From NCBI GenBank assembly GCA_043821645.1, contig JBDRCO010000087.1, positions 32,001-96,000 of the forward strand: DNA of 64,000 nt. The letters run 5' to 3'. This document shows, piece after piece, positions 1 to 11,600 of this stretch; position 1 is the first letter of the stretch, and each line of letters opens with the position of its first letter. This DNA comes from Pseudomonadota bacterium. GTDB taxonomy: Bacteria > Myxococcota > JACRCW01 > JAFGSX01. The notes under the pieces are model-generated. The model made no database searches and was not told the DNA's origin. It worked only from the letters and a program-made list of their open reading frames with translations. The position numbers and the translations under genes are program-made.

Positions 1-1102
<1,102 letters not shown>

Positions 1103-1291
1103 GGCAACCCCCGAGATGGTGGATGGGGAATGCTAGACCAGGGCCGCCCAGGCAGCCAGAACCTGTGGCGTGGCCAGGCGCTCCTGGATGGCGGGGGACC
1201 TTCGCCTGGCCTGGTGCAGTCAGGCGTGAAAGCACTCAAAATAATTGAAAGGATCCATCAGAGTATGCATTGCAGTGCTGGAAAACACTTT

Positions 1292-1306
1292 TGGTGCTAG
1301 TTTTGC
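1292..1306 (+). promoter_or_regulatory. Candidate sigma54 (-24/-12) promoter for the Cys-rich lipoprotein operon
   Basis: TGGTGCTAGTTTTGC has exact GG-N10-GC spacing with TTGC at -12, inside an AT-rich intergenic patch; imperfect match to the TGGCAC consensus. Confidence 0.4.
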
Positions 1307-1495
1307 CCGCGTTTTGAAGACTGATCACTGCCGACAGGCCAGGACGTCCAGCACCTGGCGACTGGCTCCGCTGACACGGGCGCTGGTGATCGCTCGCCGT
1401 TGTCATTGCGCCGAACACAGGTGCCCCAGGCGAGGGGTCCTGACCTGCCTGGCCGCGCCCCTGCATCTCATCGCTGCCCACGAATGAGGTTCGTC

Positions 1496-4400
1496 ATGAC
1501 CCGTGCCCTGAGAGCAACGCTGCGTCGCCGTGTCATCCGGCAAGCTTCGACCTGCCTATCGCTGGGGCTGCTGCTGGCCTGCCCGCCGACACCGCCGGCC
1601 ACGCCCGACGCAGGCGCGCTGGACGCGTCGCGCATGGACGGCAGCGGTGTGGATTCGAGCGTGCTCGACGTCGCCCCCGGTGACGCGGCTGGGGCGGATG
1701 CCCTGCGCGAGGACGCCTGGACCGACCCCTGTCCCGCGGGAACACTGGGCTGTGCCTGCACGCCCGGCGACAGCTGCGACGACCCCCTGCAGTGTGTGCT
1801 CGACGAGTGCCGCGACTGCGAGCGCGGGGCCCTGGACTGCCGCTGCCTGGACAACAACGCTTGCCTGGTGGGCGCGGTCTGCCGGGCCGACAACGTCTGC
1901 GTGCCCTGCACCCGCGGCAGCGAGGCCTGCTTCTGCCAGGACGACGGCAGCTGCGACGGTGGTCTCGCCTGCCAGCAGGGCGTGTGCGTCATCGAGACCT
2001 GTGTGCCGGGCAGCGAGGGCTGCGCCTGTGACCAGGGGAGCTGCGCCGCCGATCTGTACTGCGGCGGCAGCGGCACCTGCCTGGCCTGCTCGTCCGACGT
2101 CATCGGCTGCGCCTGCGAAGGCAGCGCGTGCAGCAACGGTCTGGTGTGTGACCCGCAGAGCGTGCTGTGCCGCGCGCCCCTGGCCTGCGACGAGCTGAGT
2201 TGCCTGCCGCACCAGCTGTGCGAGCACCGCGCCCACGCCGACGCCGTGTGCGTCGAGGACTGCGAGAGTGGCTACCGCTGGGACAGCGGAACGGGCCAGT
2301 GCGAGATCATCCACAGCAGCTGCGATCCCGGCACCGCGGACAGCATCCTGGACAGTTGCGAGGCCCTGCACATGCACTGTGTGAGCGCGGGCGACCTGGC
2401 GGCCTGCATCGGCTGCCAGGCCGGCTTCGTGCTGGCAGATAGCGCGGACCCGACGGCCGGTTGCCGGGCCGTGGTGGACTGCGACACCCTGGGCTGCGCG
2501 GCCAGCGATCGCAGCTGCGTGCCGGCCACCGACAGCTCGGATGCCCACTGCGGCGACTGCCTGCCACCCCTGGTCGAGGGCGACGCTGGCGGCTGCGTCG
2601 CCAACCCCGCCGCCAACTGCAACGCGGGCAACGATCCCGACTCCATCCTGGCCCAGTGCACCACGGCCCATCGCAACTGCGACGACAGTGGTACGGGCGC
2701 GCGCTGCTCGGACTGCATCTCTCCCTTCGTCGAGAGCCCCTACAGCGGTCTGTGCGAGCGAACCGACGACTGCAGCCGGCTGGGCTGCGACACCTGGCAC
2801 CGCGCCTGCACCGATTTTGCCGACGGGCACTGCACGACCTGCCTGCCCGGCTACGTCGACGCGGGTGGCACCTGTCGCCCGGTGCTCACCTTTGCCGAGG
2901 TCAGCTGCGACGCGGGCACGCAGTTCAAGGTGCACGAGACCTCGACCCAGGACGCCCACTGCATCACCAAGCCCTGTCCCGATGGCCAGGCCTCCAACGG
3001 CGCCACCTGCGTCACCAGCTGTCCGGCCAGCTGCAGCGGGACCGGCAAGACCGGGCGCCTGTGGCCGCACACCCTGCAGAACGGGCGCTGCATCTGCGAG
3101 AGCGCGGACGGCTACTACTTTGACACCACGGCCCTGAGCCAGCAGCCCTGCGACGGTGACGACGACGGCTGGACGCGCCTGGGCGCCCGCTCGGCCCTGC
3201 GCTCCACCGACGCCGAGCTCAAGGCCAACGCCCGCTGCGACCTGCGACAGATCGATCGCTACAAGCTGCTCAACGAGTTCGGTCAGTTCAAGACGGTCGT
3301 CTCGTGCAGCGTTGGCGCAGAGACCTTTCGAGGCCCCTTTGACCCCACCTGCGAGGACGAGACCCTGCCCATTGATCTGTACGAGGTCAACTACCTGGAC
3401 GATGACGAGGCGCTAGCCGTGCAGGGCCCCGACCCGTACGGCATCGGCGCGCGGCGGCTCGGCGCACGCGAGCTCAACAGTCTGACCAAGGCCTGCTCGG
3501 CCCCCAACGACGACTTCAACGGCAACGAGCTGGCGGACGTCGGTGAATGGTCGGGCTCCACCTTCACGTTCACCGACCAGGCCAAGAGGGACGCCCTGAG
3601 CCCCTTCCTGGGCTTCACCTACTTCCTCGAGGTCAACCAGGGCCACTTCGAGGCCTCGCCCTACGGGCCCATTGGCACCTGGGTGGTCGCCGAGCGGCCG
3701 CGCTGCAGCAACGACCTCCCCCTGAAGTACAAGGTCGCCGAGGGGACCTACTGGCAGGGTTGCATGCGCAACCGCGCAGCGCGCTTCGACTCGGAGTCGG
3801 GCGCCTCGCTGGCCGGGCTCGACTTTGCCCGCTACTCCTGCGCGGCGACGACAGGCAGCTGCGACGTCCCCTCCCCCGTCCTGGGCGCGACAGTACCCGG
3901 CGCCGAGCGCGAGCACGACCTGTGCGCGGTCTCGGTGCCCAGCGACGGCTGGCTCGGCATGGACCACCACAGCCAGTTCCAGTGTGTGCAGGTGACGGCG
4001 CAGGCGCCATCGGACCCCGCGGCCACGCCCTACGAACACGCGCTGGGCGATCTGTACAACGGCAGCAGCGGCAACTGGCAGTTCAACCGCTGCGACGCCA
4101 CCAGCAGCACCAGCCAGGGCAACGCCAACGCCAGCGATCCGGGCTTCAGCTGCAGCGCCGTGTATCGCGGCAGCGTGGTCGAGGCCGACGTGGGCTTCGC
4201 GGCCCTGCGCTACCAGAACGACAGCCCGGCCTCGGCCTACCAGGCCGGCTGCCTCAACGAGTGCGCGAGCTGGCTCGACATCTGTCCCGGCTACACCAGC
4301 AACCCGAACACCAACGACGCCTCCTGCCACCCTGACCTCGCCAACTTCGGCGAGATCGTGTGCGGCCACTGCGCGCACGAGGGCCAGAGCTGCGACACCG

Positions 4401-5992
4401 GACAGGCCGGGGTTTGCGCGGCCGGAACCTACGTCTGCACCAACGACGTCGAGAGCTGCGTTCGCAACACCAGCCCGACCACGGGGGATGCGCTGGGAGA
4501 CGGAGTGGACCGCAACTGCGATGGCTTCGACGGCGTCCTGTCGGGTGCCTACGTGTACGTGGCCCCCTCGGGCAACGACTCGAACTCGGGCCTTGCCTAC
4601 GACCGTCCGAAGAAATCGCTGCAGGCCGCCATCGACGCGGCCAACACACAGAACCTCGACGTCATTGCCTACGACGGCACCTACTACCTGACCAGCGGCC
4701 CCGTCACCCTGGGCGCTGGCGTCTCGATGACCGGCGGCTACACAACCTCCAATTGTGCGGCGACCCAGGTGCTGTGCCTGAAGAGCAGCGGCGTGGCCAT
4801 TGTGTTGGTCCCGAATACCACGGCCGTGACCGCCACCAACATCACCTCATCGACGACGATCCAGTATTTCAACTTCGTGGCTCAGGATGCGCAGGGGAAC
4901 ACCGGCAAGCAAGGCAAGAGCTCCTACGGCCTGGTCGCAACCGGGTGCAGCTCCAACCTCCAGTTCACCTCCTGCGCCTTCGTGGCAGGCAAGGGGACGC
5001 CAGGTCTGGCCGGGACAGGCTACCCGGCGGGCAATGCCAACCATGTGGCCCAGGCAGGCTGGGTCGGATCGCAGGGTTTCCCGGGTATCCAGGGTGACGG
5101 TCGTCCCGGCGGCATGGGTGGCATCGCCGTCCCCTGCGAGGTCGGTGGACACACGGGCCAGGGAGGCTGGGGAGGCAACTCGGTCAAGGGTAACAACACC
5201 GGTTACGACGGCAATGTCGGGCTGTCGCCCAGCGGCGCCTTCACCGGGGGCGCCGCGGGTCTGGGCGTCGCGCCCAAGCGCGGCCCCCAGTGCCCGCCCA
5301 CCGGAGCTGCGGGTCAGCCTCCGACGACGCCAGTGGCAGCCGCTAGCTCGGGTGCCCCGGTGGCTGCCTCCTTTGCCTCCACAGGCTACACGCCCAATGT
5401 CGGCGGGAATGGCGCCAACGGGGGCAACGGATCCGGTGGCGGCGGTGGCGGTGGAGGTGGCGGCGGTGACCACAACATCGACTCGAGCGGCGCCTCGGGC
5501 GGTGGCGGCGGCGCGGGAGGCTGCGGCGGCCTCGCTGGCCAGGGCGGCGGTGGCGGTGGCGCCTCGATCGCGGTCTACCTCCACAACGCCTCGCCACGAT
5601 TCACGAACTGCGGATTTCTCGCCTATGGCGGTGCGGCAGGAGGCCATGGGGGTGCAGGCCAGGTCGGTGGCGCCGGCGGTCAGGGCGGCCGCTACAACCT
5701 CGGCACCTGTTACGCAGGCTCAGCCTACGGCGGCGCGGGCGATCAGGACGACGGGTCCATGGGCGGCCAGGGGGGCAACGGAGGCAAGGGAGGGGACGGC
5801 GGCCACGGCGCAGGCGGCGCGGGCGGAGCCACTCTCTGCATCTACAAAGGGGGCAGCTCGGCCCCGAGCCTCTCGCCCGTGCCCGTGCTCGGCACGGATT
5901 GCTACTTGGTGACCGAGGCGGCCAGCGGAGGGACCTCGTCCTCGCCCACCGGTGCGGGCGCCACCGGGCTCAGGCAGGAGGTGTACCCATGA
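1496..5992 (+). CDS. Giant Cys-rich lipoprotein (~1500 aa) with beta-helix-like region and Gly-rich (PE_PGRS-like) C-terminus
   Basis: Lipobox LLLAC; D/A-rich linker; repeated CxxGxxGCxC units; GDGVDRNCDG (MopE-like myxobacterial motif); YVAPSGNDSNSG...PKKSLQAAIDAA beta-helix N-cap; GGxGGxGG tail. Start chosen at ATG 1496 (GAGGT upstream); 1484 is an alternative. Confidence 0.85.
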   Translation: MTRALRATLRRRVIRQASTCLSLGLLLACPPTPPATPDAGALDASRMDGSGVDSSVLDVAPGDAAGADALREDAWTDPCPAGTLGCACTPGDSCDDPLQCVLDECRDCERGALDCRCLDNNACLVGAVCRADNVCVPCTRGSEACFCQDDGSCDGGLACQQGVCVIETCVPGSEGCACDQGSCAADLYCGGSGTCLACSSDVIGCACEGSACSNGLVCDPQSVLCRAPLACDELSCLPHQLCEHRAHADAVCVEDCESGYRWDSGTGQCEIIHSSCDPGTADSILDSCEALHMHCVSAGDLAACIGCQAGFVLADSADPTAGCRAVVDCDTLGCAASDRSCVPATDSSDAHCGDCLPPLVEGDAGGCVANPAANCNAGNDPDSILAQCTTAHRNCDDSGTGARCSDCISPFVESPYSGLCERTDDCSRLGCDTWHRACTDFADGHCTTCLPGYVDAGGTCRPVLTFAEVSCDAGTQFKVHETSTQDAHCITKPCPDGQASNGATCVTSCPASCSGTGKTGRLWPHTLQNGRCICESADGYYFDTTALSQQPCDGDDDGWTRLGARSALRSTDAELKANARCDLRQIDRYKLLNEFGQFKTVVSCSVGAETFRGPFDPTCEDETLPIDLYEVNYLDDDEALAVQGPDPYGIGARRLGARELNSLTKACSAPNDDFNGNELADVGEWSGSTFTFTDQAKRDALSPFLGFTYFLEVNQGHFEASPYGPIGTWVVAERPRCSNDLPLKYKVAEGTYWQGCMRNRAARFDSESGASLAGLDFARYSCAATTGSCDVPSPVLGATVPGAEREHDLCAVSVPSDGWLGMDHHSQFQCVQVTAQAPSDPAATPYEHALGDLYNGSSGNWQFNRCDATSSTSQGNANASDPGFSCSAVYRGSVVEADVGFAALRYQNDSPASAYQAGCLNECASWLDICPGYTSNPNTNDASCHPDLANFGEIVCGHCAHEGQSCDTGQAGVCAAGTYVCTNDVESCVRNTSPTTGDALGDGVDRNCDGFDGVLSGAYVYVAPSGNDSNSGLAYDRPKKSLQAAIDAANTQNLDVIAYDGTYYLTSGPVTLGAGVSMTGGYTTSNCAATQVLCLKSSGVAIVLVPNTTAVTATNITSSTTIQYFNFVAQDAQGNTGKQGKSSYGLVATGCSSNLQFTSCAFVAGKGTPGLAGTGYPAGNANHVAQAGWVGSQGFPGIQGDGRPGGMGGIAVPCEVGGHTGQGGWGGNSVKGNNTGYDGNVGLSPSGAFTGGAAGLGVAPKRGPQCPPTGAAGQPPTTPVAAASSGAPVAASFASTGYTPNVGGNGANGGNGSGGGGGGGGGGGDHNIDSSGASGGGGGAGGCGGLAGQGGGGGGASIAVYLHNASPRFTNCGFLAYGGAAGGHGGAGQVGGAGGQGGRYNLGTCYAGSAYGGAGDQDDGSMGGQGGNGGKGGDGGHGAGGAGGATLCIYKGGSSAPSLSPVPVLGTDCYLVTEAASGGTSSSPTGAGATGLRQEVYP

Positions 5993-8637
5993 CGCGGACC
6001 AGCACCCGAGACCGGCCGGCCAAGGGCTGTGGGTTCAGACTCGACGCGGACGGGCAACGACGCGCCGCGCTCTGCGGGCCCCTCCTCCTGCTCCTCTCCA
6101 CGGCGTGCCCGGAACCACCGCCAGCCAGCGATGCGAGCGCGGTGGATGCCCGGGTCGCGATCGACGCCGCCAGCGATGGAGGCAGTGTCGATGTGGCAAG
6201 CCAGGACAGCGCCACGCCCGACACCACGGCCCCTGACCAGGGTGTCAACGACAGCGCGATCGCTCCCGAGTGCGAGACCTCGGCAGACTGCGACGGCGAG
6301 ACCGCGACCCAGGGCTACCTGTGCCTGGCCGGGACCTGCACGCGCTGCGCCTCCAACAACCAGTGCGCGACCGACGAGCACTACGGCGACCAGGCACGCT
6401 GTTCGAGCGGCCGCTGCAACAGCTGCCCCGACGGCAACCAGGGATGCCCTTGCCTGCAAAGTGGGGCCTGCGCCGGCGTGCTGCAGTGCGTGTCCGGCAC
6501 CTGCCTGGACTGCGCGCGCGGCAGCGAGGGCTGTCGCTGCTACAGCAACGCCAGCTGCGACGGCACCCTGGTGTGCACGTCCGACGTGTGCGTGCCCTGC
6601 ACGCCGGGCAGCCTCGGCTGCCGCTGCGATGCGGGGGCGTGCCAGGGCGACCTGCAGTGCAGCAACGACCTCTGCGCCCCCCGCGCCTGCCCGGCCGGCC
6701 AGGAGGGCTGCGCCTGCGACGGGACCAGCTGCGACAGCGGTCTGTACTGCACCGGCGCTGGCCTGTGCGCCGTCTGCGTCGACGACGTGGTGGGTTGCCC
6801 CTGCACCGAGGGCACCTGCAGCGGAGGCCTGGCGTGCGACGGCACCAGCACCCTGTGCCGCGAACCCGTGCTGTGCGCGGCGGCCGGCTGCGTGGCGCAC
6901 CAGCGCTGCGACGAGCCGCCGGGCGAGGACGCGGTCTGCCTGCCGGATTGTACGGCCGGCTACTTCTGGGACAGCTCGAGCCAGAGCTGCCAGGTCACCC
7001 GCCCCAACTGCGAGCCCGGCGCCGAGGGCAGCATCCTGGCGGTGTGCCAGGCGCTGTACATGACCTGCGTGGCGTCGAGCAGCGGCGCCACCTGCAGCGG
7101 TTGCGAGGACGGAGCCAAGCCGGTGAGCAGCGACGTCACCGCGGGCTGCCGCCCGGTGTGGACCTGTGCCACGCTGTGCACCGCCACGGGGCGGGACTGC
7201 GTGAGCGAGGCCGTGGATGTGACCGACGCCACCTGCGGCGGATGCTTGCAGGACCTGGTGGCGCTGGACCCGGCCCACGTCGAGACGGGATGCACCGACG
7301 CCATCTACGCCGACCCGGCCGCTGCCCCGGGGGGCAAGGGTGGGCGCTGGGCGCCGCTGGCGAACCTGGCGTCGGCGGTGACGGCGGCGGCCAGCCTCGG
7401 CCTCGACGTCAAGCTGGCCACGGGCACCTTCAACCAGAGCGCGCGCATCGTGCTGCGCGATGACTTGGCCCTGCTCGGCGGCTACGACCCTGCGACCTGG
7501 CAGCGAACCTCCGAGCGCACGCGCGTGGTCACGGCCGACAACGTGGTGTTCCAGCTCAACGCGGTCAACGACGTCACCCTGGAGCAGCTCGATGGCGAGA
7601 GCGCTGGCTCCTGGGGCTCGTCCAACGGTTTTGGTCTGCTCGGCCGCAACGGCAGCAACCTGGTCGTCCGCAACTGCCTGCTGCGCGCGCGCGCCGGCAA
7701 CCCGGGCGCCTCCGGGACCGAGCAACACACTCCCGCGCTGGAAGGCGAAGCAGGGAGCCCGGGTACCCTGGGCTATGGCTCGGCCACCGCGTTCACCCTG
7801 ACGGGTGGCGCCGGTGGCGCCTGCCCGTGCGACGCCAGCCACGGCGGCGGGAGGGGCGGCGAGGGCCGCTGGGGTGACAGCACGACCGGAGGCCCAGGCG
7901 AGCAGGCCCCCGGTAGCAGCGCGACCCCGGGCCTGGGCGTGCCCCCGCTGCTCGGCAACCACAACCCCACACTCGAGTATGTGGGTGGCGACGGCGAGCC
8001 CGGCAGCGAGGGCGCTGCGGGCGCGGCCGTGCCGGGCTTGTTCGACGTCACGTACTACCGCGCGCGCGCCGGTGCCGATGGGCAGCCTGGTACGCCTGGC
8101 TTCGGGGGCTGTGGTGGGGGGGGGGGAGGTGGCGGCGTGGCCTCGAGCCTGCAGGCGGCGGGCAGCAGCGGCGGCGGCGGTGGCGGTGGCGGCTGCGGCG
8201 GTCTCGGCGGCGGTGGCGGGAGCGGCGGCGGCGGCAGCTTCGGCATCTACCTCTTCAACTACAGCTTCGTGATCGAGGACTGCCACGTCATCGCCGGCGA
8301 CGGCGGCGCCGGTGGCGACGGAGCGCCAGGTCAGCCCGGCGCTGTCGGTGGTGCGCCGGGACGCGCGGCCGTGGGCACCAACAACAAGAGCGTGGGCTAC
8401 ACCTCGCAGCAGGGCACGGCGTCCAACGGCGGCCGCGGTGGTTTTGGGGGCGCTGGTGGCGGCGGAGGTCCTGGCGCTGGCGGCGCGGGTGGCCCCAGCA
8501 TCGGCATCGTGATCGGCGGCACGGCCAGCGGCACGGTGCTGCACACAACCGTCGAGATAGGACAGGCCGGTGTGGGTGGCGGGGGTCCGGGAACACCCGG
8601 TCCGGACGGCTTCAGCGCCGAGCAGTACACGCCCTGA
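5989..8637 (+). CDS. Cys-rich lipoprotein with Gly-rich (PE_PGRS-like) C-terminus, paralog of the upstream gene
   Basis: AGGAGGT RBS and ATGA overlap with the upstream stop; lipobox LSTAC; same CxxGxxGCxC repeats and shared segment (CEPGAEGSILAVCQALYMTCV vs CDPGTADSILDSCEALHMHCV); Gly-rich tail. Confidence 0.85.
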   Translation: MTRTSTRDRPAKGCGFRLDADGQRRAALCGPLLLLLSTACPEPPPASDASAVDARVAIDAASDGGSVDVASQDSATPDTTAPDQGVNDSAIAPECETSADCDGETATQGYLCLAGTCTRCASNNQCATDEHYGDQARCSSGRCNSCPDGNQGCPCLQSGACAGVLQCVSGTCLDCARGSEGCRCYSNASCDGTLVCTSDVCVPCTPGSLGCRCDAGACQGDLQCSNDLCAPRACPAGQEGCACDGTSCDSGLYCTGAGLCAVCVDDVVGCPCTEGTCSGGLACDGTSTLCREPVLCAAAGCVAHQRCDEPPGEDAVCLPDCTAGYFWDSSSQSCQVTRPNCEPGAEGSILAVCQALYMTCVASSSGATCSGCEDGAKPVSSDVTAGCRPVWTCATLCTATGRDCVSEAVDVTDATCGGCLQDLVALDPAHVETGCTDAIYADPAAAPGGKGGRWAPLANLASAVTAAASLGLDVKLATGTFNQSARIVLRDDLALLGGYDPATWQRTSERTRVVTADNVVFQLNAVNDVTLEQLDGESAGSWGSSNGFGLLGRNGSNLVVRNCLLRARAGNPGASGTEQHTPALEGEAGSPGTLGYGSATAFTLTGGAGGACPCDASHGGGRGGEGRWGDSTTGGPGEQAPGSSATPGLGVPPLLGNHNPTLEYVGGDGEPGSEGAAGAAVPGLFDVTYYRARAGADGQPGTPGFGGCGGGGGGGGVASSLQAAGSSGGGGGGGGCGGLGGGGGSGGGGSFGIYLFNYSFVIEDCHVIAGDGGAGGDGAPGQPGAVGGAPGRAAVGTNNKSVGYTSQQGTASNGGRGGFGGAGGGGGPGAGGAGGPSIGIVIGGTASGTVLHTTVEIGQAGVGGGGPGTPGPDGFSAEQYTP

Positions 8638-8695
8638 CGCACACCACGAGCCCATCACGATGGCAGGGGCGTGGTCCCTTGCTGCGGAGAACACC

Positions 8696-11600
8696 ATGAT
8701 GCGACACACCCTGATCCTGGCCTTGCTGGCGTTGGCGACTCTGCTGCCCGGTGCCTGCGACTGCGGTGGGCCGCCGGCCGAGGACGCGGGGCCTGGCAAG
8801 GACGCGACCGTCGCGGTCGACGCGTCCGGCGCCGACAGCGCCGAGGTCGATGCGGGTGGGGCCGACGCGGTGACGCCGGATGCCACGACCGTCGACGCGG
8901 CGGGTTGCACGGCGGGCCACGAGAGCTGCCGCTGCCTGCCCGGCGCGGCCTGCGCGTCCAGCGAGCTGTATTGCGGCGACGGCGTGTGCCGACGGCCGGC
9001 CTGCCGGGTGGGCGAGCTGGGCTGCGCCTGCGACGTGGACTTCACCTGCGGCCAGTCCGACGACGACAGCTGGTTGCTGTGCGAGGCCGGGCTGTGCCGG
9101 CGCCCGAGCTGTCCCGCAGGTAGCGTGGGCTGCGCCTGCACCAGCAGTCACGGCTGCGACCCCGGGCTGAGCTGCGTCGCCGACGCGCAGGGCGAGCGCT
9201 GCCAAATCGACGACTGCCCGGTGGGCGATCTGGGCTGCGCCTGCTACCGCGAGCGCACCTGCAACCCCGATCCCTCGGGAGTGGCCCTGGCCTGCGATGC
9301 CAACCAGTGCGTGCGCTCGGCCTGCGCGCCGGGCAGCGAGGGCTGCCTGTGCCGCGCGGACTACAGCTGCGGCAGCGGCATGATCTGCCGTGACGGCGCG
9401 CGCTGCGAGGTGCTGCGCTGCACCCCCGGCTCGGCCAGCTGCGAGTGCCTGCCCGGCGGCTACTGCAACAGCCCGACCCTGGTGTGCGAGGCGAGCAGCA
9501 GCCAGTGCGTGGAGCAGGCCTGCGATCCCGGCACCGACGGCTGCAGCTGTCTGTCCGACGGGACCTGCGGCCTCTCCAGCGCGGGCACGGCCCTGGTGTG
9601 CGCGGGCGATCGCTGCGTGGCGCCCTCGTGCACGCCCGGCAGCCTTGGCTGCGCCTGCACCGCCCAGGGCAGCTGCGCCTCGGCCAGCGCGATCTGCACG
9701 GCGGGCTGGTGCATGGCGACCAGCTGCACGGCCGGCGGTACCAACTGCACCTGCGGCGGCTCCGGCACCTGCGACGTCGGCCTGGCCTGTCTCAACGGCG
9801 ACATCTGCGTCGACGACACCGGTTACGTGGGTGGCGTCTGTCTACCCAACGGCAGCTGCCGCGCCGGTGGCCGCTGCGTCAGCGGCCTGTGCGTGCCCTG
9901 CCTGGGTGGCAGCCTGGGCTGCAGCTGCGAGTCGGGCTGGTGCCAGACCGGCCTCGCCTGCCTGGCCGGCGCCTGCGTGTCCCAGCAGTCCCTGGCGCGA
10001 TCGCGGCCTGCCAACCCCCGCTGCTACACACCCTGCAAGGCCGACCTGCTGCGCAGCGACAACACGCTCGCGCGCTGTAGCAGCCAGGGCCTGCTCGACG
10101 GCTGCATCGGTGACAACGTCTGCACCGAGGGCTCGTGCGTGCCCAGGACGGTCTCGCCGTTCTGGAACACGGGCTCGACCGCGGTTCCGTTCTGCGCCTC
10201 CGAGCTGGACTGCCCGGACTTCCAGACCTGCATCGAGGGTCACTGCTACTCGGACTGCGAGCGCGACGGCGACTGCGCCCCCGGCCTGGCCTGCAGTCGC
10301 AAGGTCTGCCGCTCGCCCTGCCTGGCCGGTGGCGACGAGTGCCCGGACGGCATGTACTGCGAGGTCGGCAGCGGCGGCAACGCAGGCTTCTGCAGCGCGC
10401 TCGGGACCACGCTGGATACCGAGACCAGCGTCGAGGGCGGCAGCTTCACCCTGAGCAGCCCCGCCCTCAGCTTCTCGCCCGTGCTGGTCGACGGCGCCTT
10501 CCGCGTGTTCAACCGATCCCACAACATGCGCGAGTTCCACGTGCAGAAGAAGTTCCATGGCCTGTACGACGCCAGCGGCGCCGTGCTGGCCCGGGTGGAC
10601 GAGTTCCGCACCACCTGCGACTGGAGCAACCCCGACCCGGACATCTGCCCCCTGTCCTGGCTCGAGCTGAGCGTGGACAACGGTGCCACCACCACCGACG
10701 GCGATCTGGCCTTCGAGCTCGCCGGCAACTGCCCCGATCTGCCGGCCTGCGGCGACAACGACGTGTGCCCCGCGGGGATGTCCTGCGGCCAGGGTCTGTG
10801 CTTCTGCGACGACGCGAGCTGCGGTGACGCCTGGTCCTGCACCGCCACCGTCCACGTGGGCGCCATCGCCGACCGGCCGGGCACGGCGGCCCGGGTCAGC
10901 GGCGTGCTCGAGATCAACGGCCAGGGACTGGGCGCGCAGCGCGTCAGCCTGAGCTACCGCGAGTCACAGGCCGGGCAGTGGAAGGGCACCATGTACTCGT
11001 TCGCCAACTTCGGCGACCAGAACATGGACCTCTGGCTGCAGAGCGACCGCTCCGACGACACGAAGCTCGAGGGCGTCGAGAACGCCTTCCTCAAGCGCTG
11101 GGTCAATTTCAGGCGCGGCATCAACGGTCTGGTCACCCTGGACGAGTTCGAGGCCATGCTCAACGCAACGCTCACCGAGTCGTGGCGCTGGCCCTCGGTC
11201 AAGCAGGCCTGCCAGCAGCAGTATGCGACCGAGAACTGCTACCTGACCCAGCAGGGCCCGGTGGTGTATTCCAACGACAACATCCGCAACCCCGTGCCCT
11301 CGGGCGTGGTGGACATGCCCTTCGCGGTCAACCTGCGGCCCGATCCCGACAACAACCACGCGCTGACCGGCAAGGTCGAGAGCCGCCTGACCCTGCAGTA
11401 CGCGGGCGGCCCGGGCCTGACGCTGGAGTTTGCCGATGCCCCCGGGACCTGCAGCGCGAACTCGCGGCCCGAGAGCTGCACCAGCGTGGTGCTGGCCATG
11501 CGGAGCCCCAGCCAGAGCGGCAACCAGGGCGTCGACATCCGCGTGGGTGGCCGCTACCTCACCGGCGAGAGCGACGCCACCTGCTCGAGGCGAACCAACT

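Noticed and set aside
4990-5830. Gly-rich tails as collagen or true mycobacterial PE_PGRS
   Set aside because: No sustained Gly-X-Y triplets and no PE domain; only compositional similarity.
5902-9141. 1079-aa minus-strand ORF and similar long antisense ORFs (15540-18230 +, 39998-41560 -, 42484-44160 -, 37333-39180 +)
   Set aside because: Shadow frames of real genes, expected at high GC3; no recognisable motifs.
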